Origin: an uncultured bacterium
Lineage (GTDB): Bacteria; Patescibacteriota; Minisyncoccia; Phycocordibacterales; DATDWN01
NCBI GenBank assembly: GCA_963727715.1
Contig: CAVSGX010000008.1
Location: forward strand, 1-62,737
Length of the DNA stretch: 62,737 nucleotides
Direction of reading: 5' to 3'
In this document: positions 37,249-47,839 of the stretch, piece by piece
How positions within the stretch are numbered: position 1 is the first letter of the stretch
Layout: every line of letters begins with the position of its first letter
Notes under the pieces: model-generated
Told to the model about the DNA's origin: nothing
What the model saw: only the letters and a program-made list of their open reading frames with translations
Databases searched by the model: none
Program-made: the position numbers and the translations under genes

Positions 37249-38019
37249 TTACAACTTCGTCAAAACAATTGGCTCTCCGTCGGTGATCGCAATGGTATGC
37301 TCAAAGTGCGCGGAGCGTGAGCCGTCAAACGTTTTGTATGTATAGTCATCACTCGCCAATTTGATGCGTGATGTGCCGAGAGTGATCATTGGCTCAAGGG
37401 CTAGCACCATACCCGATTTCAAAAGTTCTCCAGTCCCCTTGCGACCTTCGTTTGGCACAAACGGTTCTTCGTGCACTTTGTAACCGACGCCGTGGCCCGC
37501 CAAGCCTTCTGGAATGCCATAACCGAGAGGTCTGACAAATTTTTCAATGGCCGAGGAAATGTCGCCGACTCTCCCGCCACCGCGCGCTGCTTTAATACCA
37601 ACGGCAAGCGCTTCGCGACAATGTTCAATCATCTTTTTTTCTTTTTCGGAAATTTTTCCGCAAGCCACCGTGATAGCGCTGTCAGTGATAAGTCCTTTAT
37701 GTGAGAGTCCTAAGTCCAACGAAACAATGTCGCCCTCTTGCAAAATTTTCGGCGACTCATTCGGAATGCCGTGAACAATTTCGTCGTTGAGCGAAACATT
37801 GAGTGCCGCCGGGTAAGGGCGCTTTGCTCCGTGTGGTTTGTAATTCAAAAAAGCCGGCTCGTCACCACCTTCTTTAATAAGCTGACAAGCAAAGTTTTCC
37901 AAATCCTGCGTCGAAACACCCGGCCTAACTTTTTTGGCAAGTTCCGACAAAATAAAAGAGTGACGATGTCCGCCTTCCTTTAAAATTTCAATTTCTTCCG
38001 GTGTTTTGATGGTGATCAT
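37249..38019 (-). CDS. map: type I methionine aminopeptidase
   Basis: 256 aa; metal ligands in DIVSLDLG, GHGVG, LEPM and FEHT contexts. Confidence 0.9.
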   Translation of the reverse strand: MITIKTPEEIEILKEGGHRHSFILSELAKKVRPGVSTQDLENFACQLIKEGGDEPAFLNYKPHGAKRPYPAALNVSLNDEIVHGIPNESPKILQEGDIVSLDLGLSHKGLITDSAITVACGKISEKEKKMIEHCREALAVGIKAARGGGRVGDISSAIEKFVRPLGYGIPEGLAGHGVGYKVHEEPFVPNEGRKGTGELLKSGMVLALEPMITLGTSRIKLASDDYTYKTFDGSRSAHFEHTIAITDGEPIVLTKL

Positions 38020-38026
38020 GTTAAAA

Positions 38027-38617
38027 TTACCATCTTAATTTCTGCAAAATTTCCTGTTCCACTTCGTCTTTTGTCTGCTCGCCGTTGATTTCCAATACAG
38101 CATATCTGTCGCTCGTCTTGAAGTAATCAATGACAGGCATAGTAAATTCTTCAAACCAGTCGAGCCGTCCCGTTATGAGTTCCAAACTTTGATCGTCGGC
38201 CCGGCCACGACCAGTCAGTCGGTCTATCGCCCAGTCGCGCGAAACTTTTATATAAACAATGATTGGTTTTCTGTCGTAAAATTCCATTGCCGTGGTAAAA
38301 ACTTCAGTCTCCATTAGACGTCTGCAAATGCCGTCAAAAATCACGTGTTCATTCCCTTTCATATTATCGAGCATCCAACCCGCCCAAAAATAAACAGGTA
38401 GAAAGGCTGGCTGAATATCACCTCTGTCGGCAATAGCTTTGGCCAGTTTGTTGGAATATTTTTCACCTTCTATTAGCTTGCGAAAATTCGGACCGGTTTC
38501 CATATAAAAGACTTCATCCTTCGGAAATTTTTCTTTTAAAACTTTTTGTAGACGTGCGGACTGCTCGCCTTTGCCGGAGCCGGACTGGCCAACAAAAATA
38601 AATGTGTATGGTGTCAT
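38027..38617 (-). CDS. adk: adenylate kinase family nucleoside-monophosphate kinase
   Basis: 196 aa; P-loop GQSGSGKGEQ; map-adk synteny; divergent LID region. Confidence 0.7.
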   Translation of the reverse strand: MTPYTFIFVGQSGSGKGEQSARLQKVLKEKFPKDEVFYMETGPNFRKLIEGEKYSNKLAKAIADRGDIQPAFLPVYFWAGWMLDNMKGNEHVIFDGICRRLMETEVFTTAMEFYDRKPIIVYIKVSRDWAIDRLTGRGRADDQSLELITGRLDWFEEFTMPVIDYFKTSDRYAVLEINGEQTKDEVEQEILQKLRW

Positions 38618-38660
38618 ATCTATATTTTACATTATTTCATTTTTATTTCAAATTACAAAC

Positions 38661-38695
38661 AAAAAACACTCCGCTGATCGAAGTGTTTTTTGTTT
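38661..38695. terminator. hairpin terminator with A/T runs on both sides
   Basis: AACACT-CCGCTGATCG-AAGTGTT flanked by AAAAAA and TTTTTTGTTTT. Confidence 0.55.
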
Positions 38696-38716
38696 TCGAA
38701 TTTTCAGTTTCCGAAA

Positions 38717-39972
38717 CTAAAGTCCCAAAGATTTTTGAATACTTTCCAAACTACTCCTGACCGACTCCAAGACATTGGCCATTTGGTCATAATTCATTGT
38801 TTGGTTGTTCATACTGACTGTGGTAGTTGAATTAGTGGTGGCAGAAGGAATATTACAGATTGGAAGTTTTTGACAACCATTTGCATCCAAACTACTAGGG
38901 GTTATTACTCCACCAACACAAAAACCCGGAGGAGGCGGGGTAATCATTGGGCAAACAATAGTATTCGCAGATACAACAGTCACAACAAAAGCCTTGGTAG
39001 CAGTGACATAAGCCACGCCTTGATTTTGAGAAATGGTTTTGGTTGTGGCGGTTAGAGAAAATTATAAGTTCCGGCTGTGGTTATTGTGCCGGAGATAACT
39101 TCACCCGAACCAGTAGATGACAAAGCCAAACCGGGTGGCAAAGAGCCCGAAGATACTGACCAATCATAAATACTAGTGTTGGAACCGGAAAGAGCTGGCC
39201 CGCCCGCGACGGCTAAAGGAATAGTGTAGTTGACCCCGACTTTCACACTGGAAGTTGGAGATGAGGTGACAATAGAGAATGGTGTTGGTGTTGATACGGT
39301 TGTTGGAGATGAGGTAATGGTTGGAGTGGGGACAGTTGTTTGTATCGGAGTAGTTACAGTACCGGAAGAAGTTGATTGACAGCTGTAAATGCGACAACCG
39401 TTATTGTCAGTAGTGACGGTAACAGTTTGGCCATTCAAACACTGTTGAACTATCACCATTGGACAAGCGAATGTTTTAGGAGGAGTCGGGGTTGTATTAG
39501 TTGTGGCAGGCGGGTTCGGAGTCATTACGCCACAACCATAAAGTTTATTCAGTTTGAATCGTGTGACAGGACCAACATAACCGGTACCGGCTAAAAGACC
39601 GGATGATGACAAAACATCATTTTTATATTTTTCTTGAAAAGCGCTGACGGCTGAAGCGGTCGTCTCGTCAAATACTCCGCTGGTCCAAAACTTCTCGGCA
39701 CCAACCCCCTCTTTTGTTAGAATCGTTTGGAGGGCCAAAACATCGCTTCCGGAACTTCCAATCCCCAGATTTGTGTTAAATGTGTGACAAAAGGCGCTAG
39801 AACTAGAACCACCTTGTTGAGCCAGTTGTTGCTGAAGTTGTTGGACTTGAGCCAAAAGAGCTTCGATTTGCGCTTGCAAGTCACTGTTTGATAAAGCAAA
39901 ACTTAGAACAGGAAACAAAAAAGCCAACGCTAAAAAAGCGATTGTTATTTTTTTCATGTAGTTTTTAATCAT
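38717..39972 (-). CDS. secreted protein with a peptidoglycan-binding domain and Ig-like repeats, interrupted by a 1-nt frameshift in this assembly
   Basis: ORFs 39052..39972 and 38717..39016 join as ...GTYNF/SLTATTKT... if the T4 run (plus-strand A-run 39058..39061) were T5; PG_binding_1-like GSSGSDVLALQTIL...AVSAFQEKY. Confidence 0.7.
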
Positions 39973-40092
39973 AGAAAATGATTAGTTAGTAATAAAAAAG
40001 TAACCTAAAATTGACAGTCTAATTCTACCATCCTCGACAGTGAAGTCAAATGTTTTGTGCACATATATATTTTGTGATATAATACCGGCATT

Positions 40093-40638
40093 ATGATATA
40101 TATTTTAATTGTCGTAGTTTTAATAGTTTTGTGGTTGGTTTTAGCATACAACGGCTTGGTGCGTTCGCGCACACAGGCGCAGGAAGGTTTTTCGGATATC
40201 GATGTCCAGCTCAAGCGTCGCTATGATTTGATTCCCAACTTAGTGGAGTCGGTCAAAGGTTACGCCGCGCATGAGTCCGGAGTTTTTGAAGCAGTGACCA
40301 AAGCTCGCACGACTGCCATGCAAGCTACCGGATCGGCCAAAGCCGGCGCGGAAAATGCTCTCTCCGGCACACTCAAGTCACTTTTCGCCGTGGCGGAAAA
40401 TTATCCTGACCTCAAAGCCAATCAAAACTTTCTTTCGCTACAAAACGAACTGACAGACACCGAGGACAAAATTCAAGCCGCGAGACGTTTCTACAACGGC
40501 ATGGTCCGCGACCTCAACACTAAAATCCAGACTTTCCCGACAAATATTTTTGCCAACTCATTCGGCTTTACCAAAATGGATTTCTTCGGCAACGCCCTAA
40601 CTGACGCCGAAAAGCAACCAGTCGCAGTGAAGTTCTAG
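40093..40638 (+). CDS. lemA: LemA family protein
   Basis: 181 aa; TM anchor plus YNGLV..R......DIDVQLKRRYDLIPNLVE signature. Confidence 0.9.
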   Translation: MIYILIVVVLIVLWLVLAYNGLVRSRTQAQEGFSDIDVQLKRRYDLIPNLVESVKGYAAHESGVFEAVTKARTTAMQATGSAKAGAENALSGTLKSLFAVAENYPDLKANQNFLSLQNELTDTEDKIQAARRFYNGMVRDLNTKIQTFPTNIFANSFGFTKMDFFGNALTDAEKQPVAVKF

Positions 40639-40644
40639 TTATTT

Positions 40645-40899
40645 GAAATTTCAAAATTTGTTTCGTCACAATTTTTTTGAAAACAGAATAATTTTCTGCT
40701 GAAAATTTTCTTCCTGCTCGGAAATCAAGAAAACAATCAACTCGGACTCGTAGCCTTTTCGCAAACGGCCTCTGCTGAGGCCGCCCAGCTGGTGTACCAG
40801 CTGGGTCGCTGCTTCAGGCTTACTTCGTCCTCGTTGTCGTTTTCTAATTTCCTGCGCAATGTTTCAAAAAATTCGTGACTTCACAGGATTTTGAAATTT
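40645..40899 (-). repeat. structured intergenic element, copy D (long subtype, opposite orientation)
   Basis: Core and inner arms at 40665..40879; outer arms AAATTTCAAAAT pair across an internal loop; fills almost the whole lemA-htpX spacer. Confidence 0.85.
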
Positions 40900-40909
40900 G
40901 TAAAAAATT

Positions 40910-41815
40910 ATGGTTACAAATAATCTTTATCAATTACAATCATCAAATGTTCGTCGAACCTGGATTTTGTTCGTGGTTTTTTTCGTCGTGGTTGTCGGGA
41001 TTGGTTATGTTTTCTCGCAAGCTTATGGGGATCCGAGTTTTTTGGTTTTTGCGGTGATTTTCACTGTCGTTTATTCGCTGATTAGTTATTATTCATCCGC
41101 TAGTATCGCTTTGATGCTGGCGCGGGCCAAGGAAATTCAGAAAAGCGACAGCCCGATACTTTACAACATTGTGGAAAATCTTTGCATCACGGATGGTTTG
41201 CCGATGCCGAAACTTTACATCACGCCGGAAATGCAAATCAACGCTTTCGCTACTGGTCGCAACGAAAAAACCGCTTGCGTGGCTGTGACCGTCGGCGCCC
41301 TGCAAAGATTGGACAAAAATGAGCTGACTGGTGTTTTGGCGCACGAGCTGTCTCATGTCAAAAATCGCGACATTTTGGTTTCCACTGTGGCGGCAATTCT
41401 AGCCGGCATTGTCGCTTTGGCTGCCGACATTTTTCTACGCTCAATATTTTTTGGCGGGTTTGGCGGTCGCGGTCGCAATAGCGAGGCCAGTGAAATGTTT
41501 TTCATTTTCGGAATTATTTTGGCAATTCTGGCGCCCATCGGCACAATACTCATCCAGCTGGCAATCTCGCGAAGACGTGAATCACTGGCCGATGCTTCCG
41601 GAGTTTTGCTCACGCGATATCCGGAAGGTTTGATTTCCGCTTTGCAAAAAATCGCCGTTGATACCACACCGATGACAAGCGCCAAAGATTCCACCGCGCA
41701 TATGTGGCTCGACAATCCGTTCAAAGGTAAAGGCGCGTCTTGGTGGCACAATATGTTTGCCACGCACCCACCGATAGAACAACGCATCGCCGCCCTCCAA
41801 GCGCTGAAGATGTAA
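40910..41815 (+). CDS. htpX: zinc metalloprotease HtpX (M48 family)
   Basis: 301 aa; HELSHVKNRD zinc motif, four TM helices; lemA-htpX pairing. Confidence 0.9.
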   Translation: MVTNNLYQLQSSNVRRTWILFVVFFVVVVGIGYVFSQAYGDPSFLVFAVIFTVVYSLISYYSSASIALMLARAKEIQKSDSPILYNIVENLCITDGLPMPKLYITPEMQINAFATGRNEKTACVAVTVGALQRLDKNELTGVLAHELSHVKNRDILVSTVAAILAGIVALAADIFLRSIFFGGFGGRGRNSEASEMFFIFGIILAILAPIGTILIQLAISRRRESLADASGVLLTRYPEGLISALQKIAVDTTPMTSAKDSTAHMWLDNPFKGKGASWWHNMFATHPPIEQRIAALQALKM

Positions 41816-41844
41816 AAACAAAAAACACCGACGCAAGTCGGCAG

Positions 41845-41933
41845 TTTTTTTACAAACAAAAACCCCGTAGGAGAGCAGAGCTCCCTACGGGCAGGTCCGC
41901 CCTCCACGGATTTTGTGCCCGTGTGGGCGGTTA
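41845..41933 (-). repeat. shared structured 3' module plus terminator, copy 2
   Basis: Reverse complement aligns with 29662..29753, with identical terminator hairpin sequence. Confidence 0.8.
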
Positions 41934-41935
41934 GT

Positions 41936-42307
41936 TTACGTTTTGTGATAGTAGAATCTTCCGAAGCCGTCGCGCTGACGGAGGAAGATCTTGACCGGGA
42001 TGAAATCCCGCGAGATTTCGAACTTCTCTCCGTCGACTCCGTTACAATAACCGAAAATATACATATCCGGCAATTGTCCAAAGAAGCCACTGTTGTCCTG
42101 TTCGACCCCTGTGACCACGACAGAAACAACGTGGTTGTTGCCGTTGTCGAGTTGCCCCTCCTCTTCGATAGTGAAAGAAACAGTCTTCGAGTAATCACCG
42201 AACTTCCGAAAAAGGGAGCTGGCAATTTCAATCTGGCTGGGGCTACGGAGAACCCGCAGGTCAAACTTCGTATTCCTCAAAACATTCAAAAAAGAACCTT
42301 TGTCCAT
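41936..42307 (-). CDS. hypothetical protein
   Basis: 123-aa ORF; start codon 10 nt from the IS-B copy 3 end; followed by the shared 3' module. Confidence 0.5.
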   Translation of the reverse strand: MDKGSFLNVLRNTKFDLRVLRSPSQIEIASSLFRKFGDYSKTVSFTIEEEGQLDNGNNHVVSVVVTGVEQDNSGFFGQLPDMYIFGYCNGVDGEKFEISRDFIPVKIFLRQRDGFGRFYYHKT

Positions 42308-42317
42308 ACGGTTTGTT

Positions 42318-43318
42318 TGTTAGTTAACCTTTGAATTTAGACACTCAGTTAGAAATAATTGAGTGATATGAAAACATTTAAACATTTGTCATACGAGGAA
42401 AGAGTTTTGATTTCAGCTTTGTTCTCCGAGGGTTGGAGTGCAAGGAAAATTGGAAAGAAACTTGGCCGGCACCGTTCATGCATTGCCTACGAAATGAAAA
42501 AGAAAGTGAAAGGTTTGTATGTAGCCAAGAAAGCTCACCACAAAACATACTGGAGGAGATATTTAAGCAAGAAGCAGTGTATGAAAGCTGCTTTGGACAG
42601 AGAACTGTCCAAATTCATTCCGGAGAAATTGAAAGAAGGATGGTCGCCGGAGAGAATATCAGGGTATTTCAAACTGCAAGGAAAAAACATCTCAACTAAA
42701 GCGGTGTACAAATTCGTGTATTCCAGATGTTTGGAAAGATATCTGTTTTGGAGAAAACACCACAAAGAAAAGTGGTTGGAAAAAGAAAAGATACGGTAAA
42801 GCCATCGATGAGAGAAAATACATTGAAGACAGACCGAAAATGGAGAGATCTGGACACTGGGAGGGAGATTTCATTGTCTCATCTCACAACGCTTGTTCAT
42901 TATTTGTCTTGGTTGACCGATATTCCAGAGATACCATCACTCGCAAAATTCCAAACAGAAAGCACGCAACGGTATTGCGTGCTTTCTTGGATTCTCTGCG
43001 TAATATGCCAGTCAAGACAATTACACTAGACAATGATATCGCATTTAATTGTTGGAGGAAACTGGAAAAACAACTAAAATGTTCGATATATTTCTGTCAC
43101 CCATATCACTCCTGGGAAAAGGGTTTGGTTGAAAATACAAACAAATGGATCAGGGTGTTTGTTCCAAAGAGAAAAGATTTGAGAGAAGTCACAGAAGAAG
43201 AGCTTCGTTCAATTGAAAAGTTTTTAAACGAAATTCCTCGTCAATGTCTTGGATTTAGGACAGCAAAAGAGGTATTATTAGATTCAATGAAGTGTCTAAA
43301 TTGAGGGGTGCGGAAACG
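42318..43318 (+). mobile_element. IS30-family insertion sequence, lineage B, copy 3 (1001 bp)
   Basis: Same ends as copies 1 and 2; 3-bp direct repeat GTT (42315..42317 and 43319..43321); one extra A compared with the other copies. Confidence 0.9.
42359..43304 (+). pseudogene. IS30 family transposase, frameshifted copy
   Basis: CACAAAGAAAAG here versus CACAAGAAAAG in copies 1 and 2 (extra A at 42774..42776) splits the ORF into 42359..42799 and 42840..43304; also one His-to-Arg change. Confidence 0.85.
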
Positions 43319-43371
43319 GTTACCTCTCCGTTAGAGAGTTTATTACATCTTTGCTTTTTTGTCAAGTACAA

Positions 43372-43401
43372 AAACCAGCCCTATTTTTAGGGCTGTTTTT
43401 G
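43372..43401. terminator. bidirectional hairpin terminator
   Basis: CAGCCCT-ATTTTT-AGGGCTG with flanking A and T runs. Confidence 0.6.
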
Positions 43402-43421
43402 TGATTTGTAATTTGCGATTT

Positions 43422-44249
43422 TTACTGCGATGAGGTTGTTGAAGATGTGTTGCCTGCCGATGTTGTGGTCGCTGGTGTCGCAGTCGCCGTCTTCATCCCC
43501 TTCAGCGCCATGACAATTTTGCCGGCGTCCTGACGAGCCGTCTTCAAATCCACGCGAGCGGTTTTGAGATCGGCTTTGGCGGTGGCAATGGCTTGTTTGT
43601 TGGCTGTGATGGTAGCCTGATCGCCTTGATCCGGTTTGAGCGGAGCGATAACCGTTGTGGCGGCTTGGGCTTGATTTTGAGCATCCGTAATTTTGGCGGC
43701 AAAATCGGTCATCAGGGTATTTAGCGCGCTGACACCATTGGTGGAACTGACGGTGCTGATTCGCGTTTGCAGTTTTGTACCGAGAGCGCCGAGCATTTGG
43801 CTGGTTTCAATCATAGCATCTGTCGTGCGAATAATATTGATCTGCGGAATCACTAACATAAAAATACGATACGAATCAGTGATTGATTTGATATCGGCTT
43901 TCAGTGTGGTGATATCGGTGTCAGCCATAATTTTTGTTTTGAGTTGAGTTAAAACGGAGACTTGCTGAGTGATGGAGTTGGAGATGGCTGTCTTTTGATC
44001 ACTAGCCAAACGAGTCATGGCCACAACTTTGCCGGTCAAATCGTTCAAAATGGTCACTCGCCTGTCAATTTCTTGACCGGCTCGAGTTTGGGCCTTTTGA
44101 ATGCGCGCAGTCAGAGCCGCCACTTTGGCCACTGCTTTGGTCGATGATGCTGTTGCGTTTGAACCCACATCGAGAGCAGAAACAGACGAAGCGACAAGCA
44201 GAACTGACAAAATGGCAACCGATAGAATTGAAATTTGAATTTTTTTCAT
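43422..44249 (-). CDS. secreted Ala/Thr-rich helical protein
   Basis: About 275 aa from the ATG at 44249 (the ORF is open to 44303); signal peptide MKKIQISILSVAILSVLLVASSVSA; low-complexity T/S tail. Confidence 0.55.
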   Translation of the reverse strand: MKKIQISILSVAILSVLLVASSVSALDVGSNATASSTKAVAKVAALTARIQKAQTRAGQEIDRRVTILNDLTGKVVAMTRLASDQKTAISNSITQQVSVLTQLKTKIMADTDITTLKADIKSITDSYRIFMLVIPQINIIRTTDAMIETSQMLGALGTKLQTRISTVSSTNGVSALNTLMTDFAAKITDAQNQAQAATTVIAPLKPDQGDQATITANKQAIATAKADLKTARVDLKTARQDAGKIVMALKGMKTATATPATTTSAGNTSSTTSSQ

Positions 44250-44274
44250 ATTATTTTTGAAAAAGTTAAATGAC

Positions 44275-44586
44275 CTATTCGGTCTGGCTAATCGGCTTGT
44301 CATTTAAACTCTGGTCGACGCTGGCAGAGTTTTCATCCGCAGTTTTTAATTGAGAGTCAATTGAACTTAAATCCTGATCCAGAGAAGTGTTTGAATCGTC
44401 TCTGGCAGAAACGGCATCTGTAGGCGTCGGTAGTTGCTGGCTGACTGTGGTGGTGGCCACGGCTTGAGACGCAGGTCCACTTTGAACTGACGCAGGCTGA
44501 TTTTTGCCAGACATCAAATACCAGACTCCAAGAACCAACAGAACTACGACCAAAAAAATAAGAATGGTTTTTGTAGAAGTTGACAT
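44275..44586 (-). CDS. small membrane-anchored protein
   Basis: 103 aa; N-terminal TM helix then a polar tail. Confidence 0.45.
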   Translation of the reverse strand: MSTSTKTILIFLVVVLLVLGVWYLMSGKNQPASVQSGPASQAVATTTVSQQLPTPTDAVSARDDSNTSLDQDLSSIDSQLKTADENSASVDQSLNDKPISQTE

Positions 44587-44678
44587 ATTAGATAATTAAA
44601 TAATAAATAATGAATAATCGGACGGCGACTTATTTCACCGCCTTTCCCATTATACAAACAAAATTTCAATAAGCAAAA

Positions 44679-45926
44679 TTACTTCAGCACACCCCACAAA
44701 TTTGGGTCGGCTCCGCCATCCAGCTTGAATATGACTACCCCTCTGACACCGAGCTTTTTAGCCAGAGCGATTTTGTCGGTGATGGCCGAAGCATCACTCC
44801 ACCAGAGCATCCTTACCGGCGTAGTTGACGGTGTGGCTGGTTTGGTTGTTATGGTGCCGAGCGAATTGGTAACAGCCGAAGTCCCGAAAACAGACGTGTC
44901 CATGGAAGGAGTCGTAGCCATCGATGTTGAAGCGTTAATGGCAATAGGTGGCGTGGATGTCGGAGTGTAGGAAAATGACAACTCACCGGCCCCATTTCTT
45001 TGCGGTGTGATATTGAAAGACGAAGCGATACCCAGCGCGTAATTTTGATCAAAAGCCGTCAGACGATCATACAAATACCCACCGCCGGAAAGTGGCGCGA
45101 CATTGTATTCATAGCCGTAAGTAGCAATACCTATGACGATTTTACTTTTGGCGATATTTTTTTCGGCCAGCTTTACCACTTTCTCCACCCATTTTGGATC
45201 GGCCACCGGAACATACGGACCGACAGCCGACTGATTCAATTGTAAATCAATCGTGCCCTGGTCATAAGTCATTATGCGAACACGATTGCAGTAGGCGCTG
45301 AGCGCGTTGTAATCGTTGGAATACTCAATGTCAGCCGGTATGACAGCAAAGCGCGAATCAAGCGGTGTGCGAGCTTCAATGGTGCAACTAAGAACCTTGT
45401 TGCCGATGGCATAATACAAATCGTGCAGAAATTGTGAAAAATATTTTTTGGTCTTGGAATATTTGCCTTCATAATCAATATCCACACCGTCAAAACCACC
45501 CTTCTTGACCATGGCCACGATGGCTTTAACGTGAGTAGCCCGCGATTTTGAATTGCGCAAAACGGCATCAATGGCATCGGCATTGCCCCACATCACTGTC
45601 GGAATTATTTTAACTTTGTTTAATTTGGCTGTGGCAAAAAGAGCCAGCCACGGATCTTGAGTCAGCTCAGCTGTGTCAACCAAAGTGCCATCCGGTTTGA
45701 CGGTGTATCCGAAAGGGCTGAGCTCGGTGAAGTTACTTATGTGAGCAATTGCCTCGGTCGTGCCGGAAGTCTCGCGCCAATACGGAATCCAAGCCGAGAC
45801 CTGTAGTGGTGCTGCTTTAACACCCACCGCCAGAAAAAAAAGCGCCAAAACAAAAAATGTTTTCAAAATTTTTTTCATTATCATAAGTATAACAGAATAT
45901 CTCCACGACAAAAAATCGTCGCTCAA
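44679..45926 (-). CDS. glycoside hydrolase family 18 (chitinase-like) secreted protein
   Basis: 415 aa; signal peptide; GFDGVDIDYEG (DxxDxDxE) catalytic motif. Confidence 0.8.
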   Translation of the reverse strand: MSDDFLSWRYSVILMIMKKILKTFFVLALFFLAVGVKAAPLQVSAWIPYWRETSGTTEAIAHISNFTELSPFGYTVKPDGTLVDTAELTQDPWLALFATAKLNKVKIIPTVMWGNADAIDAVLRNSKSRATHVKAIVAMVKKGGFDGVDIDYEGKYSKTKKYFSQFLHDLYYAIGNKVLSCTIEARTPLDSRFAVIPADIEYSNDYNALSAYCNRVRIMTYDQGTIDLQLNQSAVGPYVPVADPKWVEKVVKLAEKNIAKSKIVIGIATYGYEYNVAPLSGGGYLYDRLTAFDQNYALGIASSFNITPQRNGAGELSFSYTPTSTPPIAINASTSMATTPSMDTSVFGTSAVTNSLGTITTKPATPSTTPVRMLWWSDASAITDKIALAKKLGVRGVVIFKLDGGADPNLWGVLK

Positions 45927-45961
45927 ATAGAATCCGAAGAAGCTGAAGCAAATATGTAATT

Positions 45962-47098
45962 CTATTTTAAATACTTTTTATTTTTCAGCTTATCAGGTAG
46001 GAGGGATTCCTTCGTGTATTTTTCGTAGCCTTTGCCATAATTCAATTCCTCCATCAGTTTGGTCACGGGGTTGCGAATTGAAAGCGATATAGGCAAGTTG
46101 CCGAATTTTTTAACGTCGCTCATGGCTTCGAGGTAAGCGTTGTAGGCCGAGCGGTCTTTCTTGGCTTGGCAGAGGTAGACCACGCCGTGCGCCAAATTCT
46201 CGGCGCATTCCGGCAAGCCGATAGTTTCCACCGCGCAGAAAACAGCATTGGCCACAACGAGAGCGGTCGGTTGGGCCAGACCCACGTCCTCGCTGGCAAA
46301 GACAACCATCCTGCGCGCGATAAATTTTGGATCTTCGCCGGCGTCAATCATTCGGCACATATAATAGAGCGCGGCGTCCGGCTGGCTGGCTCGCATGCTT
46401 TTTATGAAAGCCGAGATGGTGTTGTAATGTTCCTCGCCTTTTTTGTCGTAACGCAAAAATTTATTTTGCAATGTTTCGGTCAGATTTTTGACGGAAATTT
46501 TTCCGTACAAATGCACGGTCGCTTCAAGCATGGCGATGGCCTGACGCGCGTCGCCGTTGGCCATACCCACGAGCCAATCGCGCGACTCTTTGTCTATTTT
46601 AATTTTCAAACTTTTTTCCACGCGAGAAATAATTTCCGCGATTTCTTCGCCAGAAAGTTCGTTCAGTGTAAAAACTCTGCAACGCGAAAGAAGTGGGGCA
46701 ATAACTTCAAAACTTGGGTTCTCCGTCGTTGCGCCAATGAGTGTCAGTTTGCCCGATTCAACGAAAGGTAAAAGAAAATCCTGCTGACTTTTGTTGAAAC
46801 GATGAATTTCGTCCAGAAATAAAATTTTATTTTTTTCGCCTTTAGTTTCAATAATTTTTCGTATGTCATCTTTGCCCGCCGACACAGCCGACAATTCGAA
46901 AAAGTCGGCGTCCAAAGCGTTTGCGTAAATTCGCGCCAGAGTTGTCTTGCCAACGCCGGGCGGTCCCCAGAAAATAAATGAGAATAGATGTTTTTTCTCC
47001 ACCGCCACACGCAAAGGCTTGCCCTCGCCAACGAGATGCTCTTGTCCGATGAAATCCTTTAAATTCTTCGGTCTGATTTTTGATGCCAGTGGTTCCAT
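45962..47098 (-). CDS. rarA: replication-associated recombination protein A (AAA+ ATPase)
   Basis: 378 aa; [39 protein letters not shown], MgsA C-terminal domain. Confidence 0.9.
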   Translation of the reverse strand: MEPLASKIRPKNLKDFIGQEHLVGEGKPLRVAVEKKHLFSFIFWGPPGVGKTTLARIYANALDADFFELSAVSAGKDDIRKIIETKGEKNKILFLDEIHRFNKSQQDFLLPFVESGKLTLIGATTENPSFEVIAPLLSRCRVFTLNELSGEEIAEIISRVEKSLKIKIDKESRDWLVGMANGDARQAIAMLEATVHLYGKISVKNLTETLQNKFLRYDKKGEEHYNTISAFIKSMRASQPDAALYYMCRMIDAGEDPKFIARRMVVFASEDVGLAQPTALVVANAVFCAVETIGLPECAENLAHGVVYLCQAKKDRSAYNAYLEAMSDVKKFGNLPISLSIRNPVTKLMEELNYGKGYEKYTKESLLPDKLKNKKYLK

Positions 47099-47101
47099 TT
47101 T

Positions 47102-47239
47102 ATCCGCACACCAATTTTGGCATTATTTTTTGTTGCAATGTCAGTATTATTTCAGACATCAATTTTTGTGGTACAACCTGAATTTTATTAATAATTTTCC
47201 AAAAAATAATTGCAACGATGCCAAATTTGGTGTGCGGAT
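47102..47239. repeat. 138-bp element bounded by 22-bp inverted repeats (MITE-like or large hairpin)
   Basis: ATCCGCACACCAATTTTGGCAT (47102..47123) versus ATGCCAAATTTGGTGTGCGGAT (47218..47239); the arm sequences differ at one position (T versus A) over 22 nt; A/T-rich interior. Confidence 0.6.
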
Positions 47240-47299
47240 GAATTATACCACTTGATCAAAAAATCGTCTCCAGAATCAAATATGTAAAATTTTTTCAAC

Positions 47300-47328
47300 G
47301 AAAAAACCCGCCACACGTTCGGCGGGTT
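47300..47328 (-). terminator. rho-independent terminator downstream of the receiver-domain gene
   Basis: ACCCGCC-GAACGTGT-GGCGGGT then TTTTTTCG, read on the minus strand. Confidence 0.65.
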
Positions 47329-47353
47329 TCCCCGTCGCCGTGTTAGCGAGTTG

Positions 47354-47803
47354 TTAGAGCTCATGGGACACATTGGCCTGCTCCAGTGCGCTGGCCCAAT
47401 CCTTGATGAGCTTGCCTTCTTCGGTAAAGCCAGCGCAGAGCATCGCCCTGCCGATTTCGTATTTGCTGGTTGCAAAATTGAGCGACACTTTTTTGAGACG
47501 GAGCAGTGTGAGCATAAGGACGAGACTATCCTCATGGCCGTCGGCGTCGGTCAACATAATAACTGGAATCTGTTCAGACAGACACATCAGGATGATACCC
47601 AGGCCCATCGGTGAATTCCCGAAGTACAAGTCGGTCATCACGATGTCACCATCGAAGTCACGTGGACTGTTTCCAATGTGTCTGAGGTTGTAGATTGCTT
47701 TGGTGGCGGAGGACTCGGTCACCACTTCGTGACCAAGAGCTTCGAGTTGGCTCTTTGCGGCGACAAGATTGAAATCCATATCGTCGCAGACAAGAATCTT
47801 CAT
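47354..47803 (-). CDS. stand-alone CheY-like receiver domain protein (divergent)
   Basis: 149 aa; MKILVCDD acidic pocket and a VMTDLYF candidate phospho-acceptor; the rest is atypical; visibly GC-richer. Confidence 0.5.
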   Translation of the reverse strand: MKILVCDDMDFNLVAAKSQLEALGHEVVTESSATKAIYNLRHIGNSPRDFDGDIVMTDLYFGNSPMGLGIILMCLSEQIPVIMLTDADGHEDSLVLMLTLLRLKKVSLNFATSKYEIGRAMLCAGFTEEGKLIKDWASALEQANVSHEL

Positions 47804-47839
47804 GGTACTCTCCCGTAAAGAACATTTGCTCTTGGGTTC

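Noticed and set aside
41353-42264. 303-aa minus-strand ORF
   Set aside because: It is antisense to htpX and runs across the shared 3' module. The product is Ser/Arg-rich and implausible. The htpX frame carries the HExxH motif.
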